A stretch of DNA of 11,032 nt, taken from the NCBI GenBank assembly GCA_964583985.1, contig CAZOYD010000092.1:1-11032 (forward strand). The letters are read 5' to 3'. Of this stretch, positions 7,155 through 11,032 are shown in pieces. Both the position numbers and the translations under genes were made by a program. The notes under the pieces were generated by a model. That model worked only from the letters and a program-made list of their open reading frames with translations, was not told where the DNA came from and ran no database searches. The stretch's first letter is position 1, and each line of letters opens with the position of its first letter. This stretch comes from an uncultured archaeon (GTDB taxonomy: Archaea; Asgardarchaeota; Lokiarchaeia; Sigyniarchaeales; SOKP01).

Positions 7155-8018
7155 TTGAACACATTGTCGCAGAAACATAATAATCATCAGAATCTAGGAA
7201 AAAATGAAATTAAAACTAATCACAGAGATTTAGGTTTTAAAGAATTAAATAATTACATAGATAAATTCAGTACATCGACAGATTCGGTTCTTATTTCAAT
7301 CATATTGCCAGTGTATAACGAAGAAAATACAATAGGGACTATTTTGCAAAATCTCCCAAATCACCCTTCTGTAGAAATCATTGTAATCGATGATAATTCC
7401 ACAGACACAAGTTTAAAAGAAATAGAGAAAGTAAGGAAGAATAGAAAGATAAAGGTGTTGCATCATAAGTTTAACAGGGGTTATGGAGCAACAATCATGA
7501 CTGGGTTTAAAAATGCTACAGGTCAAATTATAGTAACAATGGATAGTGACGGACAACATAGCCCAGATGATCTTTATCATTTGATAAAGCCCATTCTTGG
7601 TGGAAATTCTGATTTTACTATAGGATCCAGATACTTAGGATCTTACCATTACAGACTCCCCTTTTCGACACGATTTGGGGAATTATTTACCGAAAAATTG
7701 CTCCGTATTGTTTTTGGTGTTAACATTTTGAATAATCAAAATGGATTTCGAGCTTTTAAAAGCGAAATAATTCCTATTTTTAATGACATGCGATATTTTG
7801 GATATGCATTCTGCATTGAACAAATTCTAATTGCTACTTCTTTTGGATATCATATTAAAGAAGTTCCGATAAAAGTCTATGATAGAGAATTTGGTTCATC
7901 AAAAATCGTTTTGTGGAAATTAGCATTCGATATTTTATCAAGTATATTAATTTATGGCTTGAAAAACATTAAATGGGTACTCACACATAAAAGTGAGATA
8001 AGGAAACTGTTTATCTAA
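7155..8018 (+). CDS. Glycosyltransferase family 2, DPM1-like, paralog 2
   Basis: 287 aa. SIILPVYNEE, DDNSTD, NRGYG, MDSDGQH, IGSRY, GFRAF and REFGSSK. TTG start with GGAG at 7144-7147. Confidence 0.9.
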   Translation: MNTLSQKHNNHQNLGKNEIKTNHRDLGFKELNNYIDKFSTSTDSVLISIILPVYNEENTIGTILQNLPNHPSVEIIVIDDNSTDTSLKEIEKVRKNRKIKVLHHKFNRGYGATIMTGFKNATGQIIVTMDSDGQHSPDDLYHLIKPILGGNSDFTIGSRYLGSYHYRLPFSTRFGELFTEKLLRIVFGVNILNNQNGFRAFKSEIIPIFNDMRYFGYAFCIEQILIATSFGYHIKEVPIKVYDREFGSSKIVLWKLAFDILSSILIYGLKNIKWVLTHKSEIRKLFI

Positions 8019-8058
8019 CCAAATAATTGAAAAATTATGCATTTTTGTGTGAAGTGAT

Positions 8059-8898
8059 ATGGCTAAAAAAGCAAATAAAGGTACGATTGAATCCACGATG
8101 TTAGGTCCCTTATATGCAAGGGCCAAATATGGAGCAATTTATCCCGAAATTTTAAAGGATCCTCAAGCGGAGATTTTTCTCAAGCAGGTTTATGAAATGT
8201 ATCCGGATCAACATGAAGAATTTGCCATGCTGGAAAAATTTATGGATGAATTTGCAAGTTTAAATTTTTTGTATCGTGCGAGAAAATTCGATGATGAAAT
8301 TAGGAAATTCAAGTCTTATCATCCTTCCGCCACAATAATTAATCTCGGTTGTGGTTTAGATACTTCCGATTCGCGAATAGGAAATAAAAATCTGAAGTGG
8401 TTTCAAATAGATTTACCCGATGGTATCGCTTTTCGAGAAAAATTGATATCTCCAATCCCAAACTCTAAAAATATTGCAAAATCAATTTTTGACTATAGCT
8501 GGTTCGAGGATATTGAATTTGATGAAAAAACAGGGGTTTTAATACTTGCTGCAGGATTATTTAATTATTTTCAAGAAGAACAATTAAAAAATTTCTGCCA
8601 TAATTTAGCAACCCATTTTAAAGGAGCGACTCTTTTATTCGATATCCCCTCAGTACTTTTAAAAAAAATACTTAATCGAAAATATAAAAGATTAGGATAT
8701 CAAGGTGCAGACCACGAATTCGGTTTAGGTAACCCCAAAACGATACTGAAATGGTCTAATGCAATAAAGGCAATATCTTGTACTATCTTTTTTCAAGGAT
8801 TAGATTTGAATCCAAAATGGAATAAAAGAACTCGCTTTCTTATGAAATTATTTCGAACACTAAAATTTTATAAACTCGTGAAGGTGGAATTTAAATAA
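8059..8898 (+). CDS. Class I SAM-dependent methyltransferase, LCM / TcmP-like (carboxyl/O-methyltransferase) family
   Basis: 279 aa. TMLGPLYARA...DP.A, RARKFDDEI, IINLGCGLDT, WFQIDLPD...RE, SIFDYSW and AAGLFNYF. Confidence 0.88.
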   Translation: MAKKANKGTIESTMLGPLYARAKYGAIYPEILKDPQAEIFLKQVYEMYPDQHEEFAMLEKFMDEFASLNFLYRARKFDDEIRKFKSYHPSATIINLGCGLDTSDSRIGNKNLKWFQIDLPDGIAFREKLISPIPNSKNIAKSIFDYSWFEDIEFDEKTGVLILAAGLFNYFQEEQLKNFCHNLATHFKGATLLFDIPSVLLKKILNRKYKRLGYQGADHEFGLGNPKTILKWSNAIKAISCTIFFQGLDLNPKWNKRTRFLMKLFRTLKFYKLVKVEFK

Positions 8899-8935
8899 TA
8901 ATCAACAATCATTATTATAGGTAGATCATAATCTT

Positions 8936-10006
8936 ATGAAGAAAATTATTACTTGTATCGGGATTCGACCTGATATTATTCGATTATCTCAAATAATTAA
9001 GAAATTGGAAAATAATTTTAAAAATTTAATCGTAGATAGTGGGCAACATTATGATTACAATTTAAATAAAATATTTTATGAACAACTAGGTGTTCGACAT
9101 CCTGATTATAATTTAAATATAAAAAGTGGTACTCATGCCTCTCAAGTAGCTCGCTTAATGATTGAGTTTGAAAAAGTTCTAATGAAAGAATCACCCGAAT
9201 TCGTGATCGTTTTAGGTGATAATAATAGCAGTTTAGGGTTTGCATTGGCAACCGCCAAGTTGAATATTCCTCTCGTGCATATTGAATCAGGAATGCGTAG
9301 TAAAAATTGGTTCATGCCTGAAGAAAAAAATAGAAGAATTATTGACCATCTTGCAGATATGAATATATGCTATTTACCGGAGCATAAGGATAACCTCCTA
9401 AGGGAAGGATTAAATCCCAGACGATCCTGGGTGGTGGGTAATCCAATCATTGAGGTAGTTCAATCTATCAAACTCTCTTTTTCGCAAGAAACGCCTTTTT
9501 ATTTAGTAACATGTCATCGAGCAGAAAATATTGAAATAAAGCAAAACCTTGAAAAAATATTGCAATTCCTTGGGAAGCTTTACTCCCATTATAACACTGA
9601 AATTAAATTCATCTTAATGCCAAAAACAAAACTTATGATGGAAAAATATGAGTTACAGTTTCCAGAAGGGATCAATTCCATTCCTCCACAAGGATTTATA
9701 GAATTTTTGGGTATGGAAAAAGAAGCAGCTCTCGTTTTAACAGATAGTGGGACAGTGGTGGAAGAATGCGCTATATTGGGAACTCCTTGCCTAACTATTC
9801 GTGAATCTACAGAACGCGTTGATTTGATAGAGTTAGGAGTAAATACCTTAACTGGATTAGATGTCGAACAGATGTTAGACTCTGCCACATTAGCATTATC
9901 TAGAGAAATTGAACCCGTAAATCATTATGGGAAGAATATTGCAGAAAAAATTTGTAATATATTAATAGGCAATTCTCTTAAATTTCAAAAAAATGCTGAT
10001 AGATAA
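8936..10006 (+). CDS. wecB: Non-hydrolysing UDP-N-acetylglucosamine 2-epimerase family (WecB/WbjD/FnlC-like)
   Basis: 356 aa. GIRPDIIRL, SGQHYD, VLGD, HIESGMRS...MPEEKNRRIIDH, VGNPI, TCHRAEN, TDSGTVVEE and RESTER. The IIRL, NRRIIDH and DSGT variants lean toward the WbjD/FnlC subgroup. Confidence 0.9.
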   Translation: MKKIITCIGIRPDIIRLSQIIKKLENNFKNLIVDSGQHYDYNLNKIFYEQLGVRHPDYNLNIKSGTHASQVARLMIEFEKVLMKESPEFVIVLGDNNSSLGFALATAKLNIPLVHIESGMRSKNWFMPEEKNRRIIDHLADMNICYLPEHKDNLLREGLNPRRSWVVGNPIIEVVQSIKLSFSQETPFYLVTCHRAENIEIKQNLEKILQFLGKLYSHYNTEIKFILMPKTKLMMEKYELQFPEGINSIPPQGFIEFLGMEKEAALVLTDSGTVVEECAILGTPCLTIRESTERVDLIELGVNTLTGLDVEQMLDSATLALSREIEPVNHYGKNIAEKICNILIGNSLKFQKNADR

Positions 10007-10028
10007 AGAGAATTAGTAATAACTTAGA

Positions 10029-10913
10029 TTAGGCCATTTCATATTCTTTCAATCTTAGAATAGCCGTTTTCATATCCGTCTTTTGTATTAGTTTTTCAAG
10101 TAAGTGATAATTTGTGCTCAGCGAGCGATCTACACTCTGATCTGGAATGTTTACTCGATTGATCTGCAAATTTTTATTAAAAATGTCATTGAAAATGTTC
10201 ATCAATTCGAATTTATTAACTGTAGGATTTTGAATGAAATGCTGAATCGGAGATTCTTGAACCAACTCATCGTATTTATCAAGAGTTATAATCTTCTCAC
10301 AAATTTGAGCAAATTGAAGCGTGGTAACTCCATTCCAACTATGATGTTCATAACCTCCTATTGTACTACCTACTTCTTGATTCAAAAACCATTCATATAA
10401 GAAGGATTTCTGTTCTTTTGGTTCAGGACCAATAATAGAACAACGAATTAATAAAGCTGAACCATCGAAAACTTCTCCAAGACTTTTTGATTTACCATAC
10501 ACGTCTAATGGATCATGAGGATCATCTTCAGTGTACAATCCTTTCTTTCCCGAATATACACAATCCGTGGCAATTTGGATGACCTTTATGTTATTTTTTC
10601 TAGTATATTCAGCTAATTCCCAAGGGAATTTGGAATTTATGGCAATTGCCCTTTTTACTCCGGCAGGATCATCATCTTTAGAAAAAGGTTTCGTGATTCC
10701 GATACAATTAATAATATACTCTATCTTTAGATTAAGAAATTGGGCTGATTCGAGTTGGGAAATATCATACGCATCAAACAACATGATTTTTTCCCGTTTA
10801 TACTTTGGATTTCTTACTGTCCCATAAACATTCAGATCCGGATTTTTTGATAAATAATCAAATACCATTGAACCTAACATCCCACTCACGCCAAGAACTA
10901 AAACATTCTTCAT
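10029..10913 (-). CDS. RmlD-like NDP-4-keto-6-deoxysugar reductase (dTDP-4-dehydrorhamnose reductase family)
   Basis: 294 aa. VLGVSGMLG, INCIG, ATDCVYSG..G.YTEDD...P.DVYGKSKSLGE and RCSIIGPE. Strong SD GGAGG at 10925-10921. Confidence 0.9.
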   Translation of the reverse strand: MKNVLVLGVSGMLGSMVFDYLSKNPDLNVYGTVRNPKYKREKIMLFDAYDISQLESAQFLNLKIEYIINCIGITKPFSKDDDPAGVKRAIAINSKFPWELAEYTRKNNIKVIQIATDCVYSGKKGLYTEDDPHDPLDVYGKSKSLGEVFDGSALLIRCSIIGPEPKEQKSFLYEWFLNQEVGSTIGGYEHHSWNGVTTLQFAQICEKIITLDKYDELVQESPIQHFIQNPTVNKFELMNIFNDIFNKNLQINRVNIPDQSVDRSLSTNYHLLEKLIQKTDMKTAILRLKEYEMA

Positions 10914-10924
10914 ATTTTTCCCTC

Positions 10925-11032
10925 CTATCGATTCTCAACATCCCATATTTCTTGTCCCCAATAATCTACGGGATATCGATAATCATCTCCTTTACTTTCC
11001 TCTAAAGAAGCTGTTGAAAAGAAAAGAATTCT
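10925..11032 (-). CDS. C-terminal fragment of a probable cupin-fold NDP-sugar 3,5-epimerase (RmlC-like), 5' end beyond the right edge
   Basis: Manual translation RILFFSTASLEESKGDDYRYPVDYWGQEIWDVENR*, with TAG at 10927-10925 overlapping the SD of the reductase. I recall the FST..LEES..DD.R tail from short RmlC-like cupins. Only 35 aa are visible. Confidence 0.6.
   Translation of the reverse strand, partial: RILFFSTASLEESKGDDYRYPVDYWGQEIWDVENR

Noticed and set aside
6978-7187. 69-aa minus-strand ORF spanning the GT2 intergenic gap
   Set aside because: It overlaps both GT2 genes in antisense and has no recognisable motif.
9018-9888. Minus-strand ORFs 9018-9251 and 9589-9888
   Set aside because: Antisense shadows of the 2-epimerase gene.
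10104-11005. Plus-strand ORFs 10104-10400, 10531-10827 and 10805-11005
   Set aside because: Antisense shadows of the reductase and the upstream partial gene.

Overview
AT-rich archaeal window, most likely from an Asgard archaeon (Lokiarchaeia-like). This assignment is inferred from gene content and GGTGA/GGAG ribosome-binding sites, not from a marker gene. The left end holds a minus-strand two-gene module: a Roadblock/LC7-like protein, then a multidomain protein absent from the supplied ORF track. I translated that protein by hand. It has an apparent ATT start at 1129, a longin-like N-terminus, an intact Arf/Rab-type small GTPase domain, a MIT/TPR-like helical bundle and a Pro-rich 10-aa tandem repeat that runs off the window edge. 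A divergent UPF0280/ApbE-like gene follows. The rest is a surface-glycosylation cluster: a multi-pass GT-C-like membrane protein, a UDP-glucuronate 4-epimerase-like SDR, two tandem paralogous DPM1-like GT2s, an LCM-family SAM methyltransferase and a non-hydrolysing UDP-GlcNAc 2-epimerase family enzyme. Convergent with these are an RmlD-like reductase and the 3' end of a probable cupin sugar epimerase, also missing from the ORF track. No RNA genes, mobile elements or CRISPR arrays were seen. All family assignments come from motif recognition by eye; no searches were run.
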